DNA of 64,000 nucleotides from the NCBI RefSeq assembly GCF_009914755.1, contig NC_060937.1, one strand, 5' to 3'. The DNA is from the human T2T-CHM13v2.0 reference genome, Homo sapiens. A model generated the notes under the pieces. That model was not told the origin of the DNA. It saw nothing but the letters and a program-made list of their open reading frames with translations, and did not search any database. The translations under genes and the position numbers were made by a program. This document shows positions 12,079 to 26,053 of this stretch, piece after piece (the stretch's first letter is position 1; every line of letters starts with the position of its first letter).

Positions 12079-15000
12079 GACTTTTTTCCTTTATATCCTT
12101 GAGCTAAGCCTTTAAATCTATGCTTAACCATGAATGATCTGTTGCTCTCAAAGTAGACTAACAGCAGAGTCCATCAGAGCAGTCCATCCCACATTTATGA
12201 AGAACTTCTCCTTTGAGCATTGGCCTAAGATGGCTAGTGAAAAACTGCTATTGAAGATTTCCGCCAAAAGAGCTCTGAAACAAATTAGAAGAATGTATTA
12301 ATAAAATTCATAAATAAAATCGATTCCAGGATTCCTTTAATTATTCTCCAGTTATCTTAATACCTACTTGTGTGAATAAAGCTTCCATATTTTGCATCCT
12401 AACTACCTGGTAATTTCTCCAAACCCTACACATTGCAAGAAATCACCTTCAATTCTGCCTGATTCCTTGGTACTTAAATCCAAGTACTCTCTAAATGACC
12501 ACAAGTTAAACTTCAGCTTTTTTAATATATCTGCATAGGAAGGCATAAAGGATAAACCAAGTAAAATAATAGTGCAGAATAATTGAAGACATTCTGCTTA
12601 TATCCACATCATAGAAGAAAGGAAATAAATAGACCAGTCAAGATTTAAGCATTAAAGTAGGCAGCATACATTGTAACCTTTGTTCACAAATTCATTTCTA
12701 TTTGAAACACTATTTAGACATATTGCCAAAACTCATGTTTCAAATGACTACTGCAAAGTTCTTGCTGAAGATGCTATGGAAGTAAATTTGACCAGATGCG
12801 CCTGGTTAAATCTCCATTTTCTCATGTAGGTAACTGATATTTTCACAGTAAAGACACCTAGTACTGCCTTTTCTGCTTCTAACCAATTTTACAGCCTTTG
12901 CTTTCTAATTAGAATAATGGACATATATTGATAGTCAGTAATTGGTTGGAAAAATGCATCATTTTACAATTTTGAAAACACTAGTCATATGCTCTTCAGT
13001 AAGTCCTTGATCTCATGAAGACATGGTCATTTTACTTCTATTTTGAGACCCCCTAAGATTTTATCAGCCTCATTCTATTATGAGGCCCCCTAACATTTTA
13101 TCCACCTCATTCTCTCTATGAATGTAGTTGAGATTTTTTTTTTCTCGCATTCTCCACTATCCCTCTCTTCTGTATACCTCTGTGCTTTTCAGTCTTGGAC
13201 ATTAGGTGTTCTGTGTTTGTTTATGGACAAATACATTTGTCCATCAAGTCCTGCAAATATAAATATGTAGCTGAAATGATTATAAGAAATATAACTTCTT
13301 AGGTTCTGGATCTTCAAGAGTATGGTTCCATTTAAACTTCAAGTAATTTTCCATTGAGAATAGCTCAATTATATTAAGGTTTTGCCTATTCAGTGTGCTT
13401 TCCATAGTCCTAGATTATGCCCTCCCTATTTTTTCTCTAACTTTAGTCAATTCTGCTTGTGTCTTCCTCTATTTTTTCTAACTTCATACATCTCAGAAAC
13501 ACATTTCCTTAGTACCTGCATCTATGTTCATGATAACAAAGTAACTTTGAAGCCTGCCCACCAAGGACTTGAATATTTAAGGCTTATCACATAGCCTTCC
13601 TTCTCATATCTATCCAAATAGTATATAGCCATTTGGTGCTGGTATCCCATTCTTCAAGGATGGCTTGCTCAATGACTTACTGTGGAATCCATCCAAATGT
13701 TGAGAGGAATCTTTGCTGTGGTTTCCTGGGTCCCAGTTTCTTCTGAGAGAGTTAATGGGTTCTTCTTGCTTAAGTCTTTTCTTTTCCCAACATCTCTATT
13801 GGCTACTGGTACTTTTCTTCAGCTAGTAACTTCCCCAAATTATTTTTTGGTCTAATCTTTAACAACATTCATTTTAACAGGTTTCAAATCATTGATTTAT
13901 TCTCTCACTCTCTCTCTTCTTCTCTCCATCTCTGTCTTCCATAAATATCTAGTTATCTAGCTTTTGTTTTAAAAGCTTTGGACTCTCCAAGTTTAATGTA
14001 CTTTTTTTCATATTTGGGTGCTTCTTGAATTAATCTTCTATCACTTGTACAACTAAGACTGTCATTTAGACTACTAACTTATGCCTGACAACATAATTTG
14101 GTGCCTTAAATATCTGTACTGCTTCTGGAAGATTGACATTCCAAGTACACACTTTCCTTAAAACATGTTTGTTACAATATTGTCATCACTGTATTATATA
14201 TCACAATATACATATATAATACAGTTTTAACATTATTTTGTTCTAAGTATTAGTAATATTTTCATAGTAGGGACCTCCATTTTTAATATATTTTAATATA
14301 TTTTAAGTTTTTTAATTTACCACATATCTGTGAGAGTAAAGTTCTCTGCTTTACTAGGAATGATAAACATATATAGTACATGCTGGGGAAGTATGTTCCC
14401 AGAGGAAATGGGAAGGAGATAAGCCATACTGATTTCCTTGTAAGACCTATTTTTGTCTGTGTGTGCCCTGCATGTTTAAACTGAAGGCCAAAATATCCTC
14501 TAATGGTTTAGAGATTGTACTAAGAAACTGAACATAAAGTGTAAAACTAATTAATCTACCAAATCCTCATTAGGTATACCCACAGGCTATTTTAAAAGAA
14601 ACATTAACAAAATCAAGAACATCCTCAAGGCCAATGATCCCATGTACCCTGGCTTCAGAAAAAAAGTTATCTATGTCTTCTTTCCTGGCTCATGTGCCTA
14701 AAGTTGTGAGTTTAATGAGCAGATGAAAAGCACTGTCCTTCTTTGCTTTATTTTTGAATCAATTAAGAAATGAAGCAGCAGAAGGAGATTTGCAGCATCT
14801 TTTATTAGTAATAAAGCTAGAATGGAGAGCACACTTTTTGCATATGCCACATGGCCTACTGTACTGCTTATCTCCTGGGTCTTATCCCGGGACTAGCACA
14901 TCTGAGGAAAAATTGGAGATGCAAAGGGATATCCTTACCCAACATAACCAGGTGGTGGAAGATGGAGAAGGGAAACCAAATTACCTTTGTCCAAAACTTT

Positions 15001-16559
15001 TAGCAGATTTGCCCCACTCGGTTGAGCACTGTGAAACAATACCTCAACTAGGCAATGTACTCCATGTTTGCAGGGCAGAATAAGGGGCAGAGTGGTGTAA
15101 GAGGCGGAGGGTACAGAAGAAATCCATTTATGTAGAAACTGCCCCATAATCTTTCTAAGACATTATAACTCTGAGTATCTCTTTCACATCCTGCCTGAGC
15201 CCAGTCAAAAAAAAAAAATTAAAAATAGTGCCATTATGAGGCTTTACTCTTTGAAGTATCAGCAAGCAGATTCTCCTTTATGTGGGGAAAAGCTCTGTAT
15301 AACCTCCTACAAAAGGCAAGTGGTGTGAAGAGGTAAACTGCAAGAGAATCGAAGGGAATTGAGTAATCTTGAGTTTCCGAGTTCTGCTAGTAAGAGCTTG
15401 AATAAATAATAATTTATTTTTCAATGCAGTTTTTCTCCATGAACATTCGATCCCTGGATAGGATGACTCAAACATTATCTTGAAAAACTGTGAGATTAAT
15501 AGGGGGGAAAAAAAAGAATTGTATAGTTTCAAGAGATGTAAGCCAGGTATCATTTTGACGCTTTTTTTTTTTATTTATTCAAGTAACTTAGCCTTGGTTA
15601 TTCAGTTTCAAAAATGGCAAAACATTTTCTGCCATTAATTACATTGTAATAAAAGGATCATATGAGATATTTCATTTGAGAAAATTTTGTTCACTAAAAA
15701 GCAAGCTCAATAAAACAGAATATTTGTCAATTTTTTCTAAATTTTTATAACCCAATATCTAAAATAGTTCCTGAGTCATGGTAGGTACTTAGGAAATATT
15801 TGCTGAAACAAAAAGAACTTGGAAACATACCTACTTAATCTGATAGCATGATCTTCGATGATCACATTGACCTAATATTGAAATTATTATCTTTCAACTT
15901 CTACTGTAGAAACTTTACTATGAGATATTATGAAAGATTTGGAAGACGGAGTAAGTATAACCAAAAACAATGATACAATGTAAATTACTGCAATAATTTT
16001 GTGATATCTAGTTTTTCAAACTATATGACTTATAAGATATAAAATATTTTGTGAAATAACTTGCAATGTAAAAAATGTTGTTCTACACCAAATATTCAAA
16101 AAAGTGCTTTGATGTATATTTTCTTATATATCAAATATTCAGAAATGTAATTTTTAAGGAAAAGAATATTATAGTAGAACTTAGATTGCTTACTCTCACA
16201 TATTTGTAGAAATACAATGTTGAAATGTAATTCTGTATACAAAAGCTCTAAGAATATTAACTTTGGATCTTAGTAATATGTCAGAAGGGGAAAATTAGAT
16301 GTTAATTACCATATATAATTAGAGCTAACATATTTATATGTTCAATAGTTTAAAGGCCTTGTGTAAGCAGCACAAAAGAAGCAAACATTTATTAGTTACT
16401 TGAATTACAGATTGATTAAGGAGTTAATTATAATTCTCCCTCCCATTTCTTTTTCTTAAAAAAATTATTTTCTGTGGTCAGACGGGGAATCGTTTAGCTA
16501 TGTTTGATTTTCTAGCAGGTTGCACACATTGTTTAGATTCACATACATTAATATGTGAA

Positions 16560-17370
16560 CAATTATGACTTTTCAAGTGTTAAAACACTTGCAACCAGCT
16601 TTGTTCACTCAAAATAAATGTGTTTTAAGATTTATCCAGTACCAATTATTCTTTTCTAAAAATGCTATTTGGTTTTGCTATGTATTCCTACTTGTGAGTT
16701 TTCAATTTAAACTTTAAGTTCTGTGAAGATTATGTTTGAAATTTGATTCAATGATAGTTTGCTGGATAGGGTATTCTTAGATGACAGCATCTTTTCTATC
16801 TTCTATTATTCTCTTGAGTCCTCTTATTATTGAGAAGTAGTCTGCCATAAGTCAAATGTTGATCTTTGGTGGGTAATTTGTTTTGTATAATACTGTATTT
16901 TTAATGAATCTGCCTCTGTTCTTGTTATTCTTAAGTTTCAAGATTTGACTAAGTATAGATTTTTTGAATTGTTTTTCTTATTGCCTCTATAGAAATTACA
17001 AATTCTAGGAATGAGGTTTTATTTTTAACCAATTTATGGAAATTCACAAACATTAACTCTTCAAATATGACCTACTCCCCAGTGTCTTCTATTTATTTTC
17101 TTTCGCATTCTCTTATTACACAAAAACTGAACCTTCACGATGTGTACTTATTTCTTAAACACTTCTGTTTCTTGCAGTATTCATTTTATGCCACTTTTAT
17201 GCATTATGTGTAATGTCTTCAGATTTTTCTTTCAACTTAACAATTCTAACTTCAAATGAGGCTAATATTTTGCATAAATTGTCTTTGAATTTAAACTTGA
17301 ATGGTTAATTATATAAATTTCTATTTGAATATTTTCCCACACCTAACAGTAGTGTTTAATATCTTATTCT
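16560..17370 (-). mobile_element. Ancient L1M/HAL1-type ORF1-region relic
   Basis: ATGATAGTTTGCTGGATA..ATTCTTAG, TTGAGAAGT..CTGCCAT, GGAAATTCACAAACATTAACTCTTCAAATAT resemble antisense old L1 sequence. Confidence 0.55.
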
Positions 17371-17494
17371 TAGTCTCTGCTCCAAGAAAACTAATGGATT
17401 ATTTGTTAAAAGTTGAAGAAAATCAAGCGAAGAATTATCTCAAAGCTGCTGTCTAGTGAATGCCTACTATATGCTCAAAAGTCTACTTTTTTGG

Positions 17495-17575
17495 CAAGTC
17501 ATAAAATAGCTCTGTGAGGATATCACTATTATCCTCTTTTTACATTTGAAAAAACTGAGTCTCAGATGTTCTAAG
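17495..17575 (-). mobile_element. MIR fragment
   Basis: CTATTATCCTCTTTTTACATTTGAAAAAACTGAGTCTCAGA. Confidence 0.65.
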
Positions 17576-17733
17576 ATTAAAACTGGGCTGCTCATACCTC
17601 TGGGATTATACTGAGACTTTCCAAAGCATGTATGATCACAGACAGTAGTGAAGGGATCAATTTCCTTATCTAATTGTTCCATATTTTTTCTTAAAATGTA
17701 TTTTGATGAAATGTTTGGTTAATTACTTTCATC

Positions 17734-19267
17734 TTTTTATTTTTTATTTTTATTTTTTATTATTTTTTATTTTTTAGTATTTATTGATCATTCTTGGGTG
17801 TTTCTCGGAGAGGGGAATTTGGCAGGGTCATAGGACAATAGTGGAGGTAAGGTCAGCAGATAAACATGTGAACAAGGGTCTCTGGTTATCCTAGGCAGAG
17901 GACCCTGTGGCCTTCCGCACTGTTTGTGTCCCTGGGTACTTGAGATTAGGGAGTGGTGATGACTCTTAAGGAGCATGCTGCCTTCAAGCATCTGTTTAAC
18001 AAAGCACATCTTGCACCGCCCTTAATCCATTTAACCCTGAGTGGACACAGCACATGTTTCAGAGAGCACGGGGTTGGGGGTAAGGTTATAGATTAACAGC
18101 ATCCCAAGGCAGAAGAATTTTTCCCAGCACAGAACAAAATGGAGTCTCCTATGTCTACTTCTTTCTACACAGACACAGTAACAATCTGATTTCTCTTTCT
18201 TTTCCCCACATTTCCCCCTTTTCTATTCGACAAAACCGCCATCGTCATCATGGCCCGTTCTCAATGAGCTGTTGGGTACACCTCCCAGACGGGGTGGCGG
18301 CAGGGCAGAGGGGCTCCTCAATTCCCAGACAGGGCAGCCAGGCAGAGGCGCCCCCCTACCTCCCGGACGGGGGCGGCTGCCAGGCGGGGACGGGGGCTGC
18401 CCTCCACCTCCCTCCCCGGACGGGGCGGCTGGCCGGGCGGGGGCTGCCCCCCACCTCCCTCCTGGACGAGGCGGCTGCCGGGCGGAGGGGCTCCTCACTT
18501 CTCAGACGGGGCGGCCGGGCAGAGACGCTCCTCACCTCCCAGACGGGGTGGCGGTCGGGCAGAGGCGCTCCTCACATCCCAGACGATGGGCAGCCGGGCT
18601 GAGATGCTCCTTACTTCCCAGACGTGATGGCGGCCGGGCAGAGGGGCTCCTCACTTTCCAGACTGGGCGGTCGGGCAGAGGGGCTCCTCACAACCCAGAC
18701 GATGGGTGGCCAGGCAGAGACGCTCCTCACTTCCCAGAAGGGGTGGCGGCCGGGCAGAGGCTGCAATCTCGGCACTTTGGGAGGCCAAGGCAGGCGGCTG
18801 GGAGGTGGAGGTTGTAGCGAGCCGAGATCACGCCACTGCACTCCAGCCTGGGCAACATTGAGCACTGAGTGAGCGATACTCCGTCTGCAATCCCGGCACC
18901 TCGGGAGGCCGAGGTGGGCAAATCACTCGCGGTCAGGAGCTGGAGACCAGCCCGGCCAACACGGCTAAACCCCGTCTTCACCAAAAAATACAAAAACCAG
19001 TCAGGCGTGGCGGCGCGCGCCTGCAATCTCAGGCACTGGGCAGGCTGAGGCAGGAGAATCAGGCAGGGAGGTTGCAGTGAGCCGAGATGGAGGCAGTACA
19101 GTCCAGCCTCCGCTTGGCATCAGAGGGAGACGGTGGAGGGAGAGGGAGACCATGGAGAGGGAGACGGAGAGGGAGAGGGAGAGGGGGAGGGGGAGGGGTG
19201 GAGGAGGGGGAGGGGAGGGGAGGGAGAGGGGGAGGGGAGGGAGAGAGAGAGGGAGAGGGAGAGGGAG
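17734..19267 (-). mobile_element. SVA retrotransposon, near full length, older subfamily (SVA_B/C-like)
   Basis: Patterned poly(T); SINE-R (TATTTATTGATCATTCTTGGGTGTTTCTC, ~17776-18280); GC-rich VNTR (~18280-18760); Alu-like segment (~18760-19125); GGAGAG/GGGGAG hexamers to 19267; older-subfamily motifs TAAGGTTATAGATTAACAGC and AGACACAGTAACAATCTGAT. Confidence 0.97.
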
Positions 19268-19638
19268 TTTTTAAAACCATTTTTAGTTCTCTCTTAGTTA
19301 TCCTATGACACATGTACTGGGTGTTGCTAATTCTATTTGTTATATCGCCTGAGCACACATTGTAGAATGTGTATATTCTGTGACATTTTATGAAAAATTA
19401 GTACTTTTAATAATTTTAGATAGTTTTATTATCTAGTGTTGCAGGAATATCTTTAAGGATGATATTTTTATTTGTACCTGGCTGTGGTCAGGATATACCA
19501 TACTTGGAAAAGTTTCTATGTACTTTGTCTTAGATTTTCTTGGTCCATGTAGCTAATGTAAACAGGAGCCCCAAAGGTAATGAGGCGCATATGAGAGGTG
19601 AAAGAGATTAATTTTGCATCTTCTGTACTATGTAGTGC

Positions 19639-19639
19639 T

Positions 19640-19684
<45 letters not shown>

Positions 19685-19686
19685 TT
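19639..19686. repeat. (TTTA)n microsatellite
   Basis: Read directly. Confidence 0.9.
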
Positions 19687-19893
19687 GTTATGCCTGTTCA
19701 CAGAGTGTACCTACTTCCAAATGCAATCTAGACTCAGGAACCCTGGTTCCATTTACTGCCTGATCCAATCCCAAGGCCTCATCTTCTGTCCCGATGGTAG
19801 AATCAAATCGAACTCCCAGATTAGCCACAGTGTCTTACAGATATATCTTACTTGTTGTTGTTGTTTTCCCCTCTTTTTAAAAATCAAGCCTGA

Positions 19894-20317
<424 letters not shown>

Positions 20318-20399
20318 TTAGTTAAGTTTATAAAGGAATGAAGGAATAAAATAATGAAGACTGATTTTGATTCCTGGAATCGTTTAATATTTGACATTT

Positions 20400-21060
20400 G
20401 GGGATTAGAGGAGAGGTTAAAATAAAACACTCGGTGAGGAAAAAAGAAAACCAAAATTGTGGTTTCCCAGAAGCAAAATGAAGAACATATTTTGAGAAAG
20501 AAATATCAATACTGCCAAGGGATACTGAGAAATAAATTATGAATAACGAACATTAGATTTGGGCAAAATTGAGGCAATTGGTAACCTTGAGAAGTTAATT
20601 CTGTTGGAGCAATTCAGTTCATTCAATGTAAAGAAAGCAAAATATGTGAGCACAAAGTAGAATTGTTTGAGATATGGCAGTGAATAGATGGTTTTTTATT
20701 GTTTCTATTTTCTTTTTTAATGAAATAAGAATAAGCTCATCATTCTGAAGATGAGAAACAGGGAAAGTGCATTAGAGGTTTGAGAATTGAATGATGTTGT
20801 AAAGCAATTATTTCAGAGTGTGGGAGACTTAATTGCCTAAGCAAAGAAAATAAAGAGTTCAAGGTAGGATGGAAGGTCTACTTGAGATTTGTGTGTTTAG
20901 ATTTAAAATAAGTCCTTCAACATAGTCCTAATTTTTACTCTAGCTATATTCCCTTTCTTGAGCACAAGCACAGAGGAGATGAAATGTTGAGTATAAACAG
21001 GTTCTAGTTTTGCATGCCAATATGAGGTAGTTAAAGAGAGAGATAGGAGCAGCTAAATCT
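20400..21060 (-). mobile_element. L2 LINE relic
   Basis: GTGGTTTCCCAGAAGC..TTAGATTTGGGCAAAATTGAGGCAATTGGTAACCTTGAGAAG resembles antisense L2; purine-rich sequence may extend to about 21900. Confidence 0.55.
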
Positions 21061-22499
21061 ATATTCTAGGGAATGAATGCAGTTCTTGCAAATGAAACCT
21101 AAGTTTAATAAAAAGGAATACGAGAATGTGAAAGGACTGGCGAACAATTATATAAAACATCCATATCTTGTAGGATCTCTGGAAGTAAAACTTTTTGGAG
21201 TGTGAATAATATATTAAAAATAAGTCATGTGGAACATTCTGAAGTGGAACATTCTGATGTGGAACATTGCAATTAAAGATTAGGAAGTGTAAACTCACTT
21301 TCTATATTATAGTTCTTGGTTTTGAGAAGGTCTAGTGTCTAACTTTGGTAGAAAATAGCTGAACTCAAGTGGAGAAAAAGAATGTTGGAAATAAGATCAA
21401 AGAAGTAAGAGACTAGGATGTTGCATGGATAATCCAGTAGAAAGTACTAGCACCACTAATAATGATAATAATTGTGGGAATAGTGGTTACAACAGTTTTC
21501 AAGAAATGAGAGAAGTTTTGCATTGATCATAACTCAAGTTATTATCACAAGATGTTATTTCAAAGGAGACAGGATAAAGTCTGGAATTGTGAGGAAAAAC
21601 ATGGAGGAATCTCTTCATCTTCAGGGGTTATGATATTTGGGATGTTGATATTAAAATAATGAATTCTTGTGAAGGCTGCAGGGATTTTGGTCAGATTAAC
21701 ATGGCATAGAAAGATTCAGAGAAGAGCTGAAGATTATGAAGGATTAAGCAGGATAGGGCAAGAGTTTCTGAGGGTAAAGTTGAAAGGTTGGGGAGTTCGG
21801 GAAATTTTCGAGGGGTGGATTGCGAATACTAAAAAGGTATTTGAAGGTGGCAGTGTGGATTATAATTGAGGACCTAGAAAAGTTGTATTTCTGGTTATGA
21901 TTGAGCTAAAAAAAAGTGCTGTATAATGTAGTTCCTCTAATGGTTTTTTAAGAAAAGGCAGGCAAGCATTTTTTTTAGAGCCTTTTTATTTGGATAACTT
22001 CTTATGTAGCCAAATCAATACCCATACATTCTGCCAAATACATGGCATTCTTGCCATCTTGATTAAATTCAGGGGCACATGGATCTCTGAGGGCTGTCAA
22101 GGGTGAAATGGCTGTGTGGCACCCAGAGTCTTGTGTTCCACCTGAAATTCTGCTTAGGATGGAGCACACGAGGGTATACCAAGGGAAGATGAATCTTTGG
22201 GATCACAAACAGCTCTGTGGAATCACAAAGAGATTCTTTCACTTGTCCTATAAGGCAGTGTTACAGCAGGGAAAGTGTGGGGTCATGTTAGGAGGATATG
22301 CAGCTCTGTGGGACATTTTGTATCTTGCTCTTAATGAATACTATTTATTACTCCTGAAACTAGTATATGCATGCTGCGTGTTCTAATTTTTCTCTCTGTA
22401 TCCTGATTTCTGTTTAACATTTTTGTCTAGTTGTATACCTGAATTCTAGATAATGTCTTAGATTGATCTTCTGATTGTCTAACTCTTTCTTCAGTGCCA

Positions 22500-22728
22500 C
22501 GTATACATACATACATACAAATATATATACAAGTATATACGTATATGATTTATGTATATATGTGTATATATAGATGATTTAGAATTGCAAATTATATATA
22601 CATACATACAGATATATATGTATGTATATACATCTATACCTGTACATACATCTATACATCTGTATGTATGTATATATAATATTTGCAACATACATCTATA
22701 CATCTATATATATGTATGTATATATATA
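22500..22728. repeat. (TA)n/(CATA)n low-complexity repeat
   Basis: Read directly. Confidence 0.9.
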
Positions 22729-22980
22729 AAATTTACAATTATAAGTCATCATTGGTAAAATCGTGCCAGTTAGAAAGATATGCACTAAAGTTAGCGTTAT
22801 AGTGAGAAAACACAAATAAAGTAGTGGTTGCCCTAGAGGAATAACAATTTTACATTGAAAAGACCCCATGAGAACTACTTTGTGTGCAGAAGTATGATTC
22901 TTGTAATGTTTCTTGTCTCCAGGGTTTGGTCAAAGATTAGTCGTCACCAACCAGGGTCTGGACTAAACCTCCTCATTCTG

Positions 22981-23432
<452 letters not shown>

Positions 23433-23819
23433 TCATGGGGCCAAATCAATAACTAATTTATAGGATCTCTTTCTACTAGCATTTTTTCTTATACAAAAAT
23501 AACATTTATGATACCAGACAGCAGAAGAGGCATTAGATATAGACGTTAGATATCAGGAAATGATTTCAACAAAGTACAATACAAATCAGGTTATATATAA
23601 ACAGTCCTTCAAAGGAACCTATTCCTAGGAAAATAAACTCAATACTGAAGACATTCAATTAAATATTATAGCTCAATTCATTGTGGTGCACATTAGGAAA
23701 CTTCAGTGGGTAGAAACACAAGGTGTCTCATATGCACATTTAATTGAGTGAGAGTCTTAGTCAAAGGCACAGAGTATTTCGCTAATTCTTAATGATTCTC
23801 CAATTCTGTCAATGTTGAA

Positions 23820-23980
23820 GGACAAAATTGAAGACTTTGGAAGACATCCACAGACCTGAAGAAAAGCCCTTTAGCCAACTTTTCATATGTGTAAACTAGA
23901 AATAATTGTCTAATATAAGCTACTGAGATTTGGGGATGGTTTTTTATACAACATTATTGCTACAGTGGCTGATTGATAGA
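23820..23980 (+). mobile_element. MLT1 (MaLR LTR) 3' fragment
   Basis: TAAGCTACTGAGATTTGGGGATGGTTTTTTATACAACATTATTG..GCTGATTGATA. Confidence 0.65.
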
Positions 23981-24267
23981 GCTAAGAATATCAGAAATAT
24001 GTTTTATTGCATCCATAAAGATTATAAACCTTGAGTAATCATAGTATATGGCTGAGAGTAGAGAGGTAAGACTTTTGGGTTATAGAAGTAAAGTATATAT
24101 TATTTACTAGATATACAGAACATGTATTAACTCTATCAACATGACCTGCTTTTATTCCTAGTCTCCCAAAGTGAATTCTGCAGAACACACTCCGTTGAAT
24201 ATTCATAATTTTAAAAGCTGTGTGGCCAAATTGTTGTTTTACATGTTGTATAAAGAATAACAAAAAA

Positions 24268-24605
<338 letters not shown>

Positions 24606-24807
24606 TCAGTCCAGGGATTTCTTGGGGTTTTGCTTTATTTCTTCTGATTCTGATTACACTTTCTCATCCTTACCACCTTTATTCTAGGCTATTTTTCCCT
24701 ATGCATTTAGCATTTATATGTATCTGGTTAAAAAACTTGACCAAATTATCACAGGGATTGGGAATTTTTCAAAATTTCCTATCCATTTTGTTTTTAATAT
24801 CTTCAAT

Positions 24808-25260
24808 CTTATGGAATGAATTGTGTCTCCCCCTCACTGACCCCCAACCAAAATTCATAGGTTGAACTTATAATTTTTAATGTTACTGTATTTGGAGATA
24901 AGGACTTTATGGAAATAATTTAAGTTAAATGAGGTCTTCAGGGTGCGACAATAATCCAATAAAACAGGCGTCCTTATAAGAACAAAAAGAGACACGAGGA
25001 GCATGTGCATTCAGAGGAAAGGCCATGTAAGTACACAGCAAGAAGGCAGACATCTGAAAGCCAAAGAGAGATGCCTCACCAGAAACCAACCTAGTCAGCA
25101 CATTGATCTTGAACTTCTAGACTCCAGGAATGTAAGAAAATAAACGTCGGTTGTTTAAGCCACCCAGTATGTGGTATTTTGTTATGTCAGGATAAATGTC
25201 TGTGGTTTAACCCACCCAATCTTTGGCATTTTGTTATGCCAGCCCTAGCAGACTTAACAC
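24808..25260 (+). mobile_element. MLT1A/B MaLR solo LTR
   Basis: TATGGAATGAATTGTGTCTCCCC..GTATTTGGAGATAAGG..GTCCTTATAAG..TTGTTTAAGCCACCCAG..GCCCTAGCAGACT. Confidence 0.9.
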
Positions 25261-25269
25261 ATGCAATTA

Positions 25270-26053
25270 GATGCTTGAACATATCTGAAATATAACATGA
25301 TTAAAACTGTATCATTGATTTTCCTTATCACTGTACTTTCTTCCCCATCCCAGGCAATTAAAACTATATCCAACCAGTGGCTCATAAATATATTTATACT
25401 TATATTTGAATAATCTGTTTCTTTTATACCTCCCAATATGCAATTTATAGCAAGTTCCTGCTTAATTCCATTATACCCCAAATTGATTTGTCTATTTTTC
25501 TCTCTTGCTGCCAATCAATTCCAAATCACCCGTACCTCTCACCAGTACTACTACAATAGCTTCCTCACCAATTTCCCTCATTCTACTTCTACTCTCCCAT
25601 AATTTGACCTCCATAGAGTTATCATTGTAATATTTGGGAAATATAAGCCACACCATGTCACAATGCTGCCACTCCTCTCAATGATTTCCTATTGATAAAG
25701 GCCTTTCCCAACCTCATTTTTTACTCCTCCATGTCTTGTTCACCACACTCATTCACAAGGTCCTTTTCTCTGTGCTGATAAATCACCAGGTTCCTCCCAT
25801 TTCACTCCTACTCTGTTCTTGCATGGAGTGTCCTTTTACCAGAGCCCTAAGTCCTAGCCCAAATATCGCCTTCTTAAAAAAGGACTTAATAACTTTCTTA
25901 TATAAAGTTTTCCTTTATTGTCAATATCTCTTTAGCTTTTATCATGTTTCTTTATGAGTTCCTTCTTAACATTTAACATTATCTGAAAATATTTTCTAGT
26001 GCTTGATAGTCAGGAGGTTTTCAATAAATATTTATTGAGTAAATACATGAATA
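25270..26053 (+). mobile_element. L2 LINE 3' portion
   Basis: CTACTACAATAGCTTCCTCAC and the L2 terminus TCAATAAATATTTATTGAGTAAATACATGAAT. Confidence 0.7.

Noticed and set aside
14754-15147. 109-aa and 70-aa ORFs in a GC-richer patch
   Set aside because: No recognisable homology or convincing splice-site pair; possibly an old LTR relic
17788-19358. Cluster of overlapping GC-rich ORFs
   Set aside because: All lie inside the SVA (SINE-R, VNTR, Alu-like and hexamer regions)
22190-22240. Faint resemblance to RPS29 (plus strand) or the RPL18A C-terminus (minus strand)
   Set aside because: Similarity is short and does not extend, so no gene name is supportable
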